From NCBI GenBank assembly GCA_963759175.1, contig CAVWXP010000008.1, positions 10,050-74,049 of the forward strand: DNA of 64,000 bases, given 5' to 3'. The stretch is from an uncultured Acidimicrobiia bacterium. GTDB taxonomy: Bacteria > Actinomycetota > Acidimicrobiia > Spongiisociales > UBA5794. Shown here piece by piece: positions 37,184 to 46,250 of this stretch; position 1 is the stretch's first letter, and each line of letters opens with the position of its first letter. The notes under the pieces were generated by a model that saw nothing but the letters and a program-made list of their open reading frames with translations, had not been told where the DNA came from and did not search any database. Made by a program: the position numbers and the translations under genes.

Positions 37184-37951
37184 ATGCAGACGAACGTGAT
37201 CGAGGTGGCATCGGACGTCTTCTTCGTAAAGGGGCCTCGCACCAACTGGTGTCTGATGCACAATGAGGACGCTGTCACCCTCATCGATGCTGCCTGGCCC
37301 AGGGATTACTCGTTCGTCATCGACTCTCTACGCCAGATCGGGGCTTCTCCGCAGCAGGTCGAGGCGGTTGTCCTGACGCATGCCCATCCGGACCATGTCG
37401 GTGTGGCGGAGCGATTCCGCGCCGATCACGGTGCGGTCGTTCACACGCATCGTGCGGAGGAGGGCCACGCAATCGGCCGGTACCACGAGCATGTGCGAAC
37501 AGTCGATCTCGTCGTCCGGATGTGGAGGCCTTCGGTCTTCGCCTTCGCGATCAACGCGATCGCTCGGGGAGGCTCAAGGACGACCCCGGTGGCTTCGGTC
37601 GACACATTCGACGTATCGGCCATCAGCGTTCCGGGAGGACGTCTCGTACCGGTACCCACACCCGGCCACACGAGCGGCCATTGCTCGTTCCATCTGCCGG
37701 ATCACGGAGTCGTCATAACCGGCGATGCGCTCGTGAACCGCAATCTTCTCACCGATCGCCCCGGACCGCGGCTGATGCCATCCATCTTCAGCCACGATCC
37801 ATCCGAGGCAGTGAGATCCCTCGATGCCCTTGCCGGACTCGAGGCCGATGTGCTGTTGCCCGGTCACGGACAAGCCATGCGCATGACGCCCGACGATGCT
37901 GTTGCCAAAGCAAGAAGCCGATTCATGCACGCAGGGAGATGGGACCGCTAG
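37184..37951 (+). CDS. MBL-fold metallo-hydrolase
   Basis: THAHPDH metal-binding motif, plus downstream His/Asp ligands. Confidence 0.8.
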   Translation: MQTNVIEVASDVFFVKGPRTNWCLMHNEDAVTLIDAAWPRDYSFVIDSLRQIGASPQQVEAVVLTHAHPDHVGVAERFRADHGAVVHTHRAEEGHAIGRYHEHVRTVDLVVRMWRPSVFAFAINAIARGGSRTTPVASVDTFDVSAISVPGGRLVPVPTPGHTSGHCSFHLPDHGVVITGDALVNRNLLTDRPGPRLMPSIFSHDPSEAVRSLDALAGLEADVLLPGHGQAMRMTPDDAVAKARSRFMHAGRWDR

Positions 37952-37980
37952 CACAGCCATATCCAGGCATCACCTGACGG

Positions 37981-38262
37981 GCTTCAAATTCGTCGCCGTG
38001 CCGCTTGCACGGCAAGCTTCTCCTTCTCCAAAGCCTCCGTGGCGTCTGAACGGCCAGAGCGGAGCGGAACACCGGAGCGCAGAGAGCCCACACAGGAGAA
38101 GCCCCACGGCTTGGCCGCAGGGCTTCGAATCCGTCGCCGTACCGCTTGCGCGGCGGGCTTCTCCTGTTCTCCAAAGCCTCCGTGGCGCTTGAACGGCCCG
38201 AGCGGAGCGGACACCGGAGCGCAAGGCGCCCACGATTGGGGAGAACCCACGCCGACGAACGT
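37981..38262. repeat. tandem duplication of an approximately 141-bp unit (2 copies, about 85% identity) downstream of tRNA-Val(GAC)
   Basis: The copies align. Each contains a tRNA T-arm-like GGCTTC(A/G)AAT(T/C)CG segment and internal stems (GCCGTGC-N5-GCACGGC). Confidence 0.6.
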
Positions 38263-38314
38263 GCCGGTCAATGAATTGGGGGGAAGACCGCCAAGCAATC
38301 GTTCTCCCCAATCG
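38233..38314. repeat. 14-bp perfect inverted repeat CGATTGGGGAGAAC ... GTTCTCCCCAATCG (54-nt spacer) abutting the 3' end of tRNA-Val(GAC)
   Basis: Seen in sequence. The right arm ends one base before the tRNA 3' end. Confidence 0.6.
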
Positions 38315-38386
38315 TGGGCGCTACTGGATTTGAACCAGTGACCCCTGCCGTGTCGAGGCAGTGCTCTGCCGCTGAGCTAAGCGCCC
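38315..38386 (-). tRNA. tRNA-Val (anticodon GAC)
   Basis: GGGCGCTTAGCTCAGCGG..., anticodon loop CTCGACACG? read as TCGACAC, GGTTCAAATCC T-arm. Confidence 0.85.
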
Positions 38387-38440
38387 GGGTTTGTCGGTGA
38401 CCAGAAGATAGCCATCGAGGATGACATACCACTGCGGTCG

Positions 38441-38511
38441 AGGCGACGCCGGGAATCGAACCCGGGTACAGGGTTTTGCAGACCCTTGCCTCGCCACTCG
38501 GCCACGTCGCC
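38441..38511 (-). tRNA. tRNA-Cys (anticodon GCA)
   Basis: GGCGACGTGGCCGAGTGG..., anticodon loop CTGCAAA, GGTTCGATTCC T-arm. Confidence 0.8.
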
Positions 38512-38544
38512 AATAGGAAGGGCGGTCCTCGAGACCGCCCTCTC

Positions 38545-38620
38545 TGGAGCGGACGACCGGGTTCGAACCGGCGACCTCAACCTTGGCAAGGTTGCGCTCT
38601 ACCAGCTGAGCTACGTCCGC
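38545..38620 (-). tRNA. tRNA-Gly (anticodon GCC), CCA encoded
   Basis: GCGGACGTAGCTCAGCTGGTAGAGC..., anticodon loop TTGCCAA, GGTTCGAACCC, ...TCCA. Confidence 0.85.
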
Positions 38621-38653
38621 GTTCGGGCGATGGTACCACTCGATCGCGTCTTT

Positions 38654-39295
38654 CTACTGTGTGGAGCTTCGCTCGTCGATCGGCACCACATGGACGAGTT
38701 GACCCTGATCGCTGTCGTGTGTTGCGCTCGGTGCGCGCTGCAGCGCCGTGGCGACATCGGCCACGCCGCGGTCGATGATCGTGAGTTCTGGCATGTCGTA
38801 CGCATAGTCCCAACCGTGTGACGTCACGAGGATGAGCAGGCCGACGAGTTCGCGAAGGGTGAGCAGGAGGATGACGAGGCCGAGGACGAAGAACGCCACG
38901 CGTCGATTGGACTCCCCCGGTCCCATGAGCGCGAACGCCGGGATGGCGACCATCACGCCAACCACGGCGAGGACGGCGTGGCGAATCATCTTGGTGCGTC
39001 GGGTGACCAACACCTCGTGATGGATAACGGCTGCCTTGGCAGCGCGCAGGCTCGTGAAGTGAGTGGCTTCGATGGATCCGAGAACCGGGTGGCGAGATTC
39101 CTGCACGTGGACGACCCAACCGCCGTCGACCGGTCCCCCGGCGGGTTCGATGCGGTACCCGTCGTGACAGTGGGTGTCCCCATATGTGGTCCAACCCGGA
39201 AGATCCACGAGCTCCTCGTTCCAGTCCTCCCCAACGGTACCAACGAGATCACGGCGGCGGTACGGTTCTGGCGACCTCGACCGAGAGCATGCCAT
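38654..39295 (-). CDS. hypothetical membrane protein
   Basis: The C-terminal half has two or three TM helices. The start is uncertain because the ORF overlaps the divergent YihY start. Confidence 0.35.
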   Translation of the reverse strand: MACSRSRSPEPYRRRDLVGTVGEDWNEELVDLPGWTTYGDTHCHDGYRIEPAGGPVDGGWVVHVQESRHPVLGSIEATHFTSLRAAKAAVIHHEVLVTRRTKMIRHAVLAVVGVMVAIPAFALMGPGESNRRVAFFVLGLVILLLTLRELVGLLILVTSHGWDYAYDMPELTIIDRGVADVATALQRAPSATHDSDQGQLVHVVPIDERSSTQ

Positions 39296-40175
39296 GGAGA
39301 TCCCCAGACCACTGCGGTACCCCCTCGCCATCGCCAACGATGTGCGCATCGAGAGCAGTCACGACAACGTCGTCATCGTCGCAGCCGGCGTTGCGTTCTA
39401 TGCGGTGTTGGCTCTCCTGCCCGCCCTGTTCGTGTCCCTGTCGCTGTACGGCATCTTCACCGACATCGCGGAGGCCGAACGCCAGATCGACGCCTTGCTC
39501 GAGGTCTTTCCCGCGAGCGCCAGCATGGCCCTCGACACGCAGATTCGATCGATCGCCGCGGCGTCCCATGTGAATCTCAGCCTCGGATTCGCGGCATCGA
39601 CGGTCGCTCTTCTCTGGACCGTCTCCAACGCGACGCGGGCCATGATCCGTGCGGTGAAGATCGCCTACGACCAGGAAGAGGAGACATCACCGCTCGAGAA
39701 GCGTGTCGTCGCCATAGCCATCACCGTCGGCGTGATCATCGCAGTCGTGGTCGCTCTGGCCCTCATTGCGGCGGTTCCCGTGTGGTTGCGCCGATTCGAC
39801 CCAACGGATGCCATCGTGACGATCGGCAACTTCCGCTGGCTCGCCGTGGGAGCGGGCATGGCGCTGACCGTCGGCCTGCTGTACCGCTATGCGCCGCCGA
39901 TACGGCCGGATGGCTGGCGATCGGTGGTGCCGGGCGTCATCTTCGCAGCCGTCACCTGGACCGCTGCATCGATCGGCTTCAGCATCTACGTCTCATCGTT
40001 CGCGAACTACAACGAGACGTACGGGACCCTCGGCGCGGCGGTGATCCTGTTGTTGTGGTTCTGGTTCACTTCACTGGCGGTGATCGTCGGCGCCGAGGTC
40101 AACGAGGCGCTGGCCCTCCGGCCATACGACCGGAACCGTGCCAATGCGACGATCACGGCACCACCGGGGAGTTGA
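39294..40175 (+). CDS. YihY/BrkB-family inner membrane protein
   Basis: GVAFYAVLALLPAL ... six TM helices; YihY family pattern. Confidence 0.75.
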   Translation: MEIPRPLRYPLAIANDVRIESSHDNVVIVAAGVAFYAVLALLPALFVSLSLYGIFTDIAEAERQIDALLEVFPASASMALDTQIRSIAAASHVNLSLGFAASTVALLWTVSNATRAMIRAVKIAYDQEEETSPLEKRVVAIAITVGVIIAVVVALALIAAVPVWLRRFDPTDAIVTIGNFRWLAVGAGMALTVGLLYRYAPPIRPDGWRSVVPGVIFAAVTWTAASIGFSIYVSSFANYNETYGTLGAAVILLLWFWFTSLAVIVGAEVNEALALRPYDRNRANATITAPPGS

Positions 40176-40613
40176 TCAAGACGAGGCCACGCCTGTTGAT
40201 CCGAAGCCTCCGTCGCCGCGTGCGGATTCCTCGAGGGTGGCTACCCCTTCATACGTCGGTCGCTCCACAGCGACGATCACGAGTTGGGCGATCCGGTCGC
40301 CACGTTCGATGGCAAAGACCTCGCGTCCGTGGTTGATGAGCGCCACCCGCAGCTCTCCTCGATACCCCGCATCGATCAGGCCCGGAGCGTTGATCACGGT
40401 CACCCCCGATCGGATGGCCAACCCGCTGCGTGGGAGGACGAGCCCGGCATAGCCCTCCGGAATCGCCATCGCCATGCCGGTCGGGACGAGGGAGCGGTCC
40501 CCCGGCTCGAGGACAACAGCCTCGGAGGCCGTCAGATCGGCGCCGGCATCACCGTCGTGGGCAAAGCGGGGAAGCTGATACATGGCATCGGATGGCAGGA
40601 CCGGTATCTTCAT
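40176..40613 (-). CDS. dut: dUTP diphosphatase (dUTPase)
   Basis: dUTPase motifs AGADL, GLVLPRSG, GVTVINAPGLIDAGYRGEL and RIAQLV. Confidence 0.9.
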   Translation of the reverse strand: MKIPVLPSDAMYQLPRFAHDGDAGADLTASEAVVLEPGDRSLVPTGMAMAIPEGYAGLVLPRSGLAIRSGVTVINAPGLIDAGYRGELRVALINHGREVFAIERGDRIAQLVIVAVERPTYEGVATLEESARGDGGFGSTGVASS

Positions 40614-40643
40614 GGGTGGATTCTCCCACGAAGCGACACCACC

Positions 40644-41801
40644 ATGTCACGCACCACCTCCAACGGTTCAAACGGCAACGACGGCAGCTGGTTCCTCGAG
40701 GCAGTTGGTGCCAAGGAACGGGCGCCCACGCCCATCGAGTCCGTTGCCGAGCTCGAGGCAGAGAACACGGCCACGGACATCGAGGTATTGGCGACCGTAC
40801 CGGCGCAGGCGGCACCGATCGTCGCCTTCGATGGCGACCCCGGCACCTCCACATCGTCGTTCCACCCGGTCCCGGTGGCGCCGCCACCACCGGCCCTCGA
40901 GGAGGACACAGCGTCGGAGCTGGCGACGTCCTCACCGGCCCCGTCCGCTTCCGACGATGCCGACCTGGCGCCCGTCTTGCGCTCCAGACGTCGCTTCCGA
41001 TGGCCGGTCGTCATCGGTCTCTTCGCCATCATCGGTCTCATTGCTGTTGCAGCCTGGTGGCTACCCCGATCGGTCCAGGACCAAGCCCTGGCTGTTCGCC
41101 AGGGCTACTACGACGCGGCCGCCGAGCTGCGCGCGTACCTACCCACGGCACAGACCGGACTCGACGCCATCACGAACCCGACGTCGGACGAGGCAGCCGT
41201 GTCAGGAGCGGTGCCCATCGTCGCCGAGTTCGACACGAAGGCGTTTGCCCTGGCGAGTGCCACGGCCGAACCCCTTCCGTCGGTTCCCCCGCTCGTCCCG
41301 TCCTCGCCGGTGGACGAGTTGGTTCCCCTCAAGGCGACAGGGTCGATCCTCGGTGCGGCAGCGTCGGAGCTCGCACGGTCCCTCGGTGGCGCCTACGTGT
41401 ACCGCACCTCGATACCGCTCCTCCTCGACACGGGGCCGCTGCCGACGTCGGCGACGACACAGGAAGTCAACGAGATCAGTGTCAGACTCGCCGAATCCCT
41501 CGCGACGGACGCCGGGATCATCGCAGATCTTCCCGACCAACCGATCTTCGCCGAGGTCCTCGTAGGGGCAACGGCCGCTGCCGAGCGGTACGCCGCATGG
41601 CAGGATGAGTACCTCGCCTCCCTGACAGGCGAGGATCCCGAGGCGGCCACCATCCTGATCGAGGAGATCGACACCATGCGCGACACGCTCGACGCCATCA
41701 ACGAAGCGGCGCTCCTGGACTACCGAACGGCGAACGACGCGGGGATCGTCACGCTCGCCAACGAACTCGACGCCTATCTCGTGGCCATCAGTCGCCCGTA
41801 G
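40644..41801 (+). CDS. hypothetical Ala/Pro-rich single-pass membrane protein
   Basis: Real start placed after the divergent dut. One TM helix (WPVVIGLFAIIGLIAVAAWWL). Confidence 0.5.
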   Translation: MSRTTSNGSNGNDGSWFLEAVGAKERAPTPIESVAELEAENTATDIEVLATVPAQAAPIVAFDGDPGTSTSSFHPVPVAPPPPALEEDTASELATSSPAPSASDDADLAPVLRSRRRFRWPVVIGLFAIIGLIAVAAWWLPRSVQDQALAVRQGYYDAAAELRAYLPTAQTGLDAITNPTSDEAAVSGAVPIVAEFDTKAFALASATAEPLPSVPPLVPSSPVDELVPLKATGSILGAAASELARSLGGAYVYRTSIPLLLDTGPLPTSATTQEVNEISVRLAESLATDAGIIADLPDQPIFAEVLVGATAAAERYAAWQDEYLASLTGEDPEAATILIEEIDTMRDTLDAINEAALLDYRTANDAGIVTLANELDAYLVAISRP

Positions 41802-42246
41802 GGAGTTCGACCTCGAGGTTGGCGGCTTCCTTCTCGAAGTCGCTGGCGTTCTGGAACTCCTTGTACACCGAGGCGAACCGCAGGTAACCCACTTCGTCCA
41901 GATCCCTGAGCCCCTCGAGGACGATGCGTCCGATCTCATCGGCGTGGATCGAGCCCTGCGAGGTGTAGGCGGCACGCTCCACCGTCGCGACGAGGTCATC
42001 GACGGCATCCTGGGGAACGGGCCGGTCGGCGAGTGTGATCTCCACCCCGAGGCGCACCTTCGAGGCGTCGAAGGGTTGACGGCGCCCGTCGCGTTTGATG
42101 ACCACGACCGCCGACGCACGCTCGAAGGTGGTGAACCGGTGACCACAGCGCGGACAGGAGCGTCGCCGCCGAATGGCCCGACCCTCTTCCGCGGGTCGGC
42201 TGTCGATGACTCGAGTGTCGGCTGTCATGCAGAGGGGGCAACGCAC
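41788..42246 (-). CDS. nrdR: transcriptional repressor NrdR
   Basis: VRCPLC...CPRCGHRF zinc ribbon followed by an ATP-cone. GTG start. Confidence 0.85.
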   Translation of the reverse strand: MRCPLCMTADTRVIDSRPAEEGRAIRRRRSCPRCGHRFTTFERASAVVVIKRDGRRQPFDASKVRLGVEITLADRPVPQDAVDDLVATVERAAYTSQGSIHADEIGRIVLEGLRDLDEVGYLRFASVYKEFQNASDFEKEAANLEVELPTGD

Positions 42247-42342
42247 GGGACGAGCGTACCCCGTCATTCACTCCAGTGCTGATGCGACCAGTCTCCACGA
42301 TCGTCCCTTGAGCCGTACCGACAGCAGGGATACAGTCGGTAC

Positions 42343-43779
42343 ATGACCCGTATTGCGGTCGTCGGCGTGCTCGTATGTGCTCTTGCAGCCACGTCGTGTG
42401 GCACCTCGGAGCCTTGGGCGGAACAGGTTGACGTGGTCGTGGCATCGCTCGAGAGCGCCTATGACGCCGAAGACGCATACGCACTCGCCAGGTTCTTCTC
42501 CGCTGGCGGCACGCTCGACCTCATGATTTGGGAACGCGGAATCGCACGGACGCCGGCGGAGGTCGTCGAAGCAGTTCCGCAGCTCTGGTTCTCGGAGCGT
42601 GGTTTCGCAAACGTGTCCGCAGACCACGTCTTCGTCTCCCCCGACGCTGCGATGATCTGGTGGTTCGCCGGTGCCGATGGCGGATTCCAGAACTGGTTGC
42701 AGACCTACACGTTCGGTGCTGCAGGAACAGCGTCACGCGCCTATCGAGCCCTCGAGGTTCCGATGGATCAGGTCTCGGAGACCGAACTCGCCGTGCTCGA
42801 TTTCGTCGATCGCTATCTGGAAGCGTGGGGATCCGGCGACGCGTCAGCTATCGGGGCCTTGTATGCCGATGATGCTCTCGTCGTGGACGAGCTGAACGCT
42901 CGTGAGTGGCGTTCTCGGTCACAGGTGGTCGATGACCTCGCCTCTCAACCACCGCTCGAAGCCGGTCCGTGGCCAGGGGTCTTCGTCTACGAGGATGGAG
43001 ATGTGATCGAGGCGATCTCGCTCGTGCAGACACGTGAGGACTGTCCGAGCCTCGAGGCCCGGCGATGGGTCTTTGCCCAGGGAACCATCTCGCACGAGCG
43101 TCGTTTCGTCCACGTCCCCTCAGCCCGTCGATGCGAAAGGGACCTCCCCTCGGGATGGTGGGTCGACTACCAGCTTCCGCCAGATCTCCAGGAGAACGTG
43201 ACAGAAGTGATCGACGTTGGCGGTGCGCGTGTGGATCTCGTCAACGCCGAGCCTCTCCACGAGGAGTTCTCCAGCTACCTGTTCGCCAAATATGCAGCGT
43301 CGGGTATCGGACTGCCACAGGTCGAAGCCGTTTGGTTCCCTCCAGCGCCCGAGTGCCTCAGCTACTCCGGCCTCGCCATTGAGTCTGATGCCAGGTACGC
43401 CGATCGTCACACCGTCATCGTGTGCCGCACGGTTGATCAGCTCGCGGGTGATTCGGCATCCACGTGGTCATACACAGCCTCGACATGGGGTCTCCACGAA
43501 CTCGCACACATCTGGATGCTCGACCATCTCACCGACGACATCCGTACCGACTTCAACCAAGCATCGGGTGTCGACGTCTGGCGGAGCAATGATGTCCCAT
43601 GGCGTGAACGGGGCGTGGAGCTCGCTGCAACGACCATCGGATGGGGTGTCGCCGGGAACGACCAGGCGAAATGGCCTCTCTTCCCCGTACCCCCGTGCGA
43701 GCGACTCGCAACGTGGTACGAGCTGTTGACCAAGAGCAACCCCGTGACCACCTGCGGCATCGACGGGTGGTCGCAGTGA
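42343..43779 (+). CDS. lipoprotein with two NTF2/SnoaL-like regions and a C-terminal HExxH (HELAHIWMLDH) domain
   Basis: Lipobox LAATSC. DFVDRYLEAWGSGDASAIGALYADDALVV (NTF2-like). Possible zinc-binding HELAH. Confidence 0.55.
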   Translation: MTRIAVVGVLVCALAATSCGTSEPWAEQVDVVVASLESAYDAEDAYALARFFSAGGTLDLMIWERGIARTPAEVVEAVPQLWFSERGFANVSADHVFVSPDAAMIWWFAGADGGFQNWLQTYTFGAAGTASRAYRALEVPMDQVSETELAVLDFVDRYLEAWGSGDASAIGALYADDALVVDELNAREWRSRSQVVDDLASQPPLEAGPWPGVFVYEDGDVIEAISLVQTREDCPSLEARRWVFAQGTISHERRFVHVPSARRCERDLPSGWWVDYQLPPDLQENVTEVIDVGGARVDLVNAEPLHEEFSSYLFAKYAASGIGLPQVEAVWFPPAPECLSYSGLAIESDARYADRHTVIVCRTVDQLAGDSASTWSYTASTWGLHELAHIWMLDHLTDDIRTDFNQASGVDVWRSNDVPWRERGVELAATTIGWGVAGNDQAKWPLFPVPPCERLATWYELLTKSNPVTTCGIDGWSQ

Positions 43780-44285
43780 TCGGCGCCGCGAGGCTGGTGC
43801 TCAGCGTTGCCGCCGCAGTGATCGCGACATCGTGTGGCTCGACCGCGAACACCATCGAAATGACCGTGCATCTGGATCGAGGCCAATCCTGGGAGCTCCA
43901 GGGGGACCCCGTGGACAGGGGCGTGGTCTGCGAGAGTGGCCGTCGCCAGCCCATCGGGTGGGTCGACCTCGAAGGGAATCCCTTGACCTTCGAGGAATGG
44001 GTACCGCTCCTGGAGATGGCAGAGGCCTCGAACGGGGAAGTCATCGCGTTCGAGGTCATCCACCAGTACGTCTGTGCCGACGGTTCTGGATCCTTCACGA
44101 TCCGAGAGCTCGCTGATCCGGATGCTGCCACCTGGCACATCGACGGCGGAACCACCGCCTACGCCCATCTGAAGGGATCAGGCGAATGCGACCTCGTCAC
44201 TGCCCCAGTCGAGCCCGGTGATCCTCCCGGCGGCATGCCGATGCGCCTCGATTGCGTCGGATCGATCACCGAAGAGAGCCCGTGA
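43776..44285 (+). CDS. lipoprotein, hypothetical
   Basis: GTGA overlap with the upstream gene. Lipobox AVIATSC. Confidence 0.45.
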   Translation: MIGAARLVLSVAAAVIATSCGSTANTIEMTVHLDRGQSWELQGDPVDRGVVCESGRRQPIGWVDLEGNPLTFEEWVPLLEMAEASNGEVIAFEVIHQYVCADGSGSFTIRELADPDAATWHIDGGTTAYAHLKGSGECDLVTAPVEPGDPPGGMPMRLDCVGSITEESP

Positions 44286-44304
44286 AGATGGCGCTCCGGG
44301 CGAT

Positions 44305-44595
44305 CTAGCGAGTGGTCACGACGGGGATCTCGAGGACCTGGCCCGCTTGCAGGATCCCGCCGTTCAGATCGTTGATCCGTTCGATGGTGGCGATGATGGC
44401 CCTCGGGTCACGGTTGTCGGGTCCGTGATCCTCGGCGATCTGCCAGAGCGTGTCCCCGGGCCTGACCCGGTAGTCGAAGGTATCGGTGACGTCGCCGGTT
44501 GCGTACGACGCCGAGGCGAGCAGAAGGAGCACGACCACCACCGTGATGGAGATGATGGAGAGCGCCCGTATGCGTGCGCTGTTCGTGATGGTCAT
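44305..44595 (-). CDS. LysM-domain membrane protein (SOS-regulated Rv2719c-like position)
   Basis: TM helix then LysM (YRVRPGDTLWQIAEDHG...). Divergent from lexA with three LexA boxes in the spacer. Confidence 0.6.
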   Translation of the reverse strand: MTITNSARIRALSIISITVVVVLLLLASASYATGDVTDTFDYRVRPGDTLWQIAEDHGPDNRDPRAIIATIERINDLNGGILQAGQVLEIPVVTTR

Positions 44596-44720
44596 GCGTC
44601 CTTCTCCTCGTTCCTCAGCAGCCCAGTTGCGGGCGGAGCGTGAGCTCCTATCCCCGAACCTATCGACCGGGTGTGACACGTTCCGGTGCCGTGGGCGCCG
44701 CACCGGGAGCCACCACCAGG

Positions 44721-44736
44721 CCGAACATGCGTTCGG
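44721..44736. promoter_or_regulatory. LexA (SOS) box cCGAACatgcGTTCGg
   Basis: Matches the actinobacterial/Cheo-type TCGAAC-N4-GTTCGA consensus. Confidence 0.7.
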
Positions 44737-44752
44737 TGCATGGATCAAGGTA

Positions 44753-44767
44753 TCGAACGTCTGTTCG
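44753..44767. promoter_or_regulatory. LexA (SOS) box TCGAACgtctGTTCG
   Basis: Consensus match. Confidence 0.7.
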
Positions 44768-44776
44768 CTTGTCAAG

Positions 44777-44791
44777 TCGAACATATGTTTG
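44777..44791. promoter_or_regulatory. LexA (SOS) box TCGAACatatGTTCG
   Basis: Consensus match, 50 bp upstream of the lexA start. Confidence 0.7.
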
Positions 44792-44840
44792 GTCCCGACG
44801 CAACAACGCACTACCCTTCCGTCAACGACCAGGAGGGAAT

Positions 44841-45473
44841 GTGCCCGATCGCACCGAGCTCACCGACCGCCAACGCCAGATCCTCGACCTCATCCGCTCC
44901 ACGGTCGCCCAGCGCGGCTATCCGCCGTCGGTCCGCGAGATCGGCGACGCGGTCGGGCTCAGCTCGCCGTCGACGGTCCACAGCCACCTGTCGTCGCTGG
45001 CCGAAGCCGGCTTCATCCGCCGTGACCCGACCAAGCCTCGCGCCATCGAGGTCGTCGACGACGACGATGGCGCCATCCCGATCTCACGGGCAGCGGTTCG
45101 CGATGTCCCCCTCGTCGGCCACATCGCAGCCGGTAGCCCGATCCTCGCCGAGGAGGACATCGAGGAGGTCTACCCCCTACCCACGGAACTCGTTGGTACC
45201 GATCCCGTCTTCATGCTCCGGATCCGGGGCGATTCCATGATGGACGTCGGGATCTACGACCGCGACTACGTCGTCGTCCAGAAGCAGTCCACGGCGAAGA
45301 ACGGCGACATCGTCGCTGCGCTCGTCGGTGGTGAGGAGGCCACGGTGAAGCGGTTCGAGCGCACCGACACGGGCGTCGTCCTGCATCCCGAGAACGATGC
45401 CTACGAGCCGATGGTCTTCACCAAGGACATCGAGGTTCTCGGTGTCGTCGTAGCGGTGTTGCGAAGGCTCTGA
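44841..45473 (+). CDS. lexA: LexA repressor
   Basis: N-terminal winged HTH (LTDRQRQILDLIRS...), AAG cleavage region and S24 peptidase (GDSMMDVGI...). GTG start with AGGAGGG Shine-Dalgarno. Confidence 0.9.
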   Translation: MPDRTELTDRQRQILDLIRSTVAQRGYPPSVREIGDAVGLSSPSTVHSHLSSLAEAGFIRRDPTKPRAIEVVDDDDGAIPISRAAVRDVPLVGHIAAGSPILAEEDIEEVYPLPTELVGTDPVFMLRIRGDSMMDVGIYDRDYVVVQKQSTAKNGDIVAALVGGEEATVKRFERTDTGVVLHPENDAYEPMVFTKDIEVLGVVVAVLRRL

Positions 45474-45494
45474 GCACCTTCCAGGCAACCACGA

Positions 45495-46250
45495 TCAGTC
45501 GACGGATCCCCTGAAGACGACCTCGGCCGGACCCTCCATCCATGCGCCGGACTCGTCGAACGAGATCGTGAGCACTCCCCCGCGCAGGTGCACGGCGACA
45601 GGAGCCTCGACGCCACGGATCGTATGGGCCATGTAGGCAGCTGCGGTGGCTCCCGTTCCGGATGCCATGGTCTCCCCGACGCCCCGCTCCCAGATCCTCA
45701 CCCGGATACCACCGTCGTCGAGGATCTCCACGAATTCGACGTTCGTCCGGTTCGGGAAGATCGGGTCGCGCTCGATCCGCGAGCCCACCTCCGCAACATC
45801 GGCGGCATCGACATCATCGACGAAGAGGACGGCATGGGGATTGCCGATGGCGAAGGGATGGACATCCCAACCGGCCACACGCAACGTGCCGGTGCGGAAT
45901 CCCACCGGGTCGCCAACGAAGGCCACCACGGTGTCCGCCTTGACCGTCACCGGATGGTCCCCGGCCTTCGTTTCGACCACGAACTCGCGGCCGTCGACCC
46001 AGCCACGCTCGTACCCGAGCCGCGCAACGCAACGGAGGCCGTTGCCGCACATCTCGGCCTCTGAACCGTCGGCATTCCAGTAACGCATCCGGATGCGGGT
46101 CTGGTCGATCGAATCGATGACGAGGACGCCGTCGGCACCGATCCCCGTCTGACGCTCGCACCAGCGCACGACGACGTCCGAAGCCGGATCGAACGGTCCG
46201 TCGATGACGATGAAGTCGTTGCCCAATCCCTGGACCTTCACGAAGTCCAT
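45495..46250 (-). CDS. dapF: diaminopimelate epimerase
   Basis: MDFVKVQGLGNDFIVID ... CGNGLRCVA (DapF active-site Cys motifs). Confidence 0.9.
   Translation of the reverse strand: MDFVKVQGLGNDFIVIDGPFDPASDVVVRWCERQTGIGADGVLVIDSIDQTRIRMRYWNADGSEAEMCGNGLRCVARLGYERGWVDGREFVVETKAGDHPVTVKADTVVAFVGDPVGFRTGTLRVAGWDVHPFAIGNPHAVLFVDDVDAADVAEVGSRIERDPIFPNRTNVEFVEILDDGGIRVRIWERGVGETMASGTGATAAAYMAHTIRGVEAPVAVHLRGGVLTISFDESGAWMEGPAEVVFRGSVD

Noticed and set aside
37981-38262. Tandem repeats as a possible CRISPR array (also the 51495..51623 heptamers)
   Set aside because: Only two copies of a 141-bp unit, or 7-bp microrepeats, with no repeat-spacer periodicity and no cas genes in the window.
40284-40643. 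N-terminal 120 codons of ORF 40284..41801
   Set aside because: Antisense to dut. The real start was placed at the Met at 40644, after the divergent dut start.
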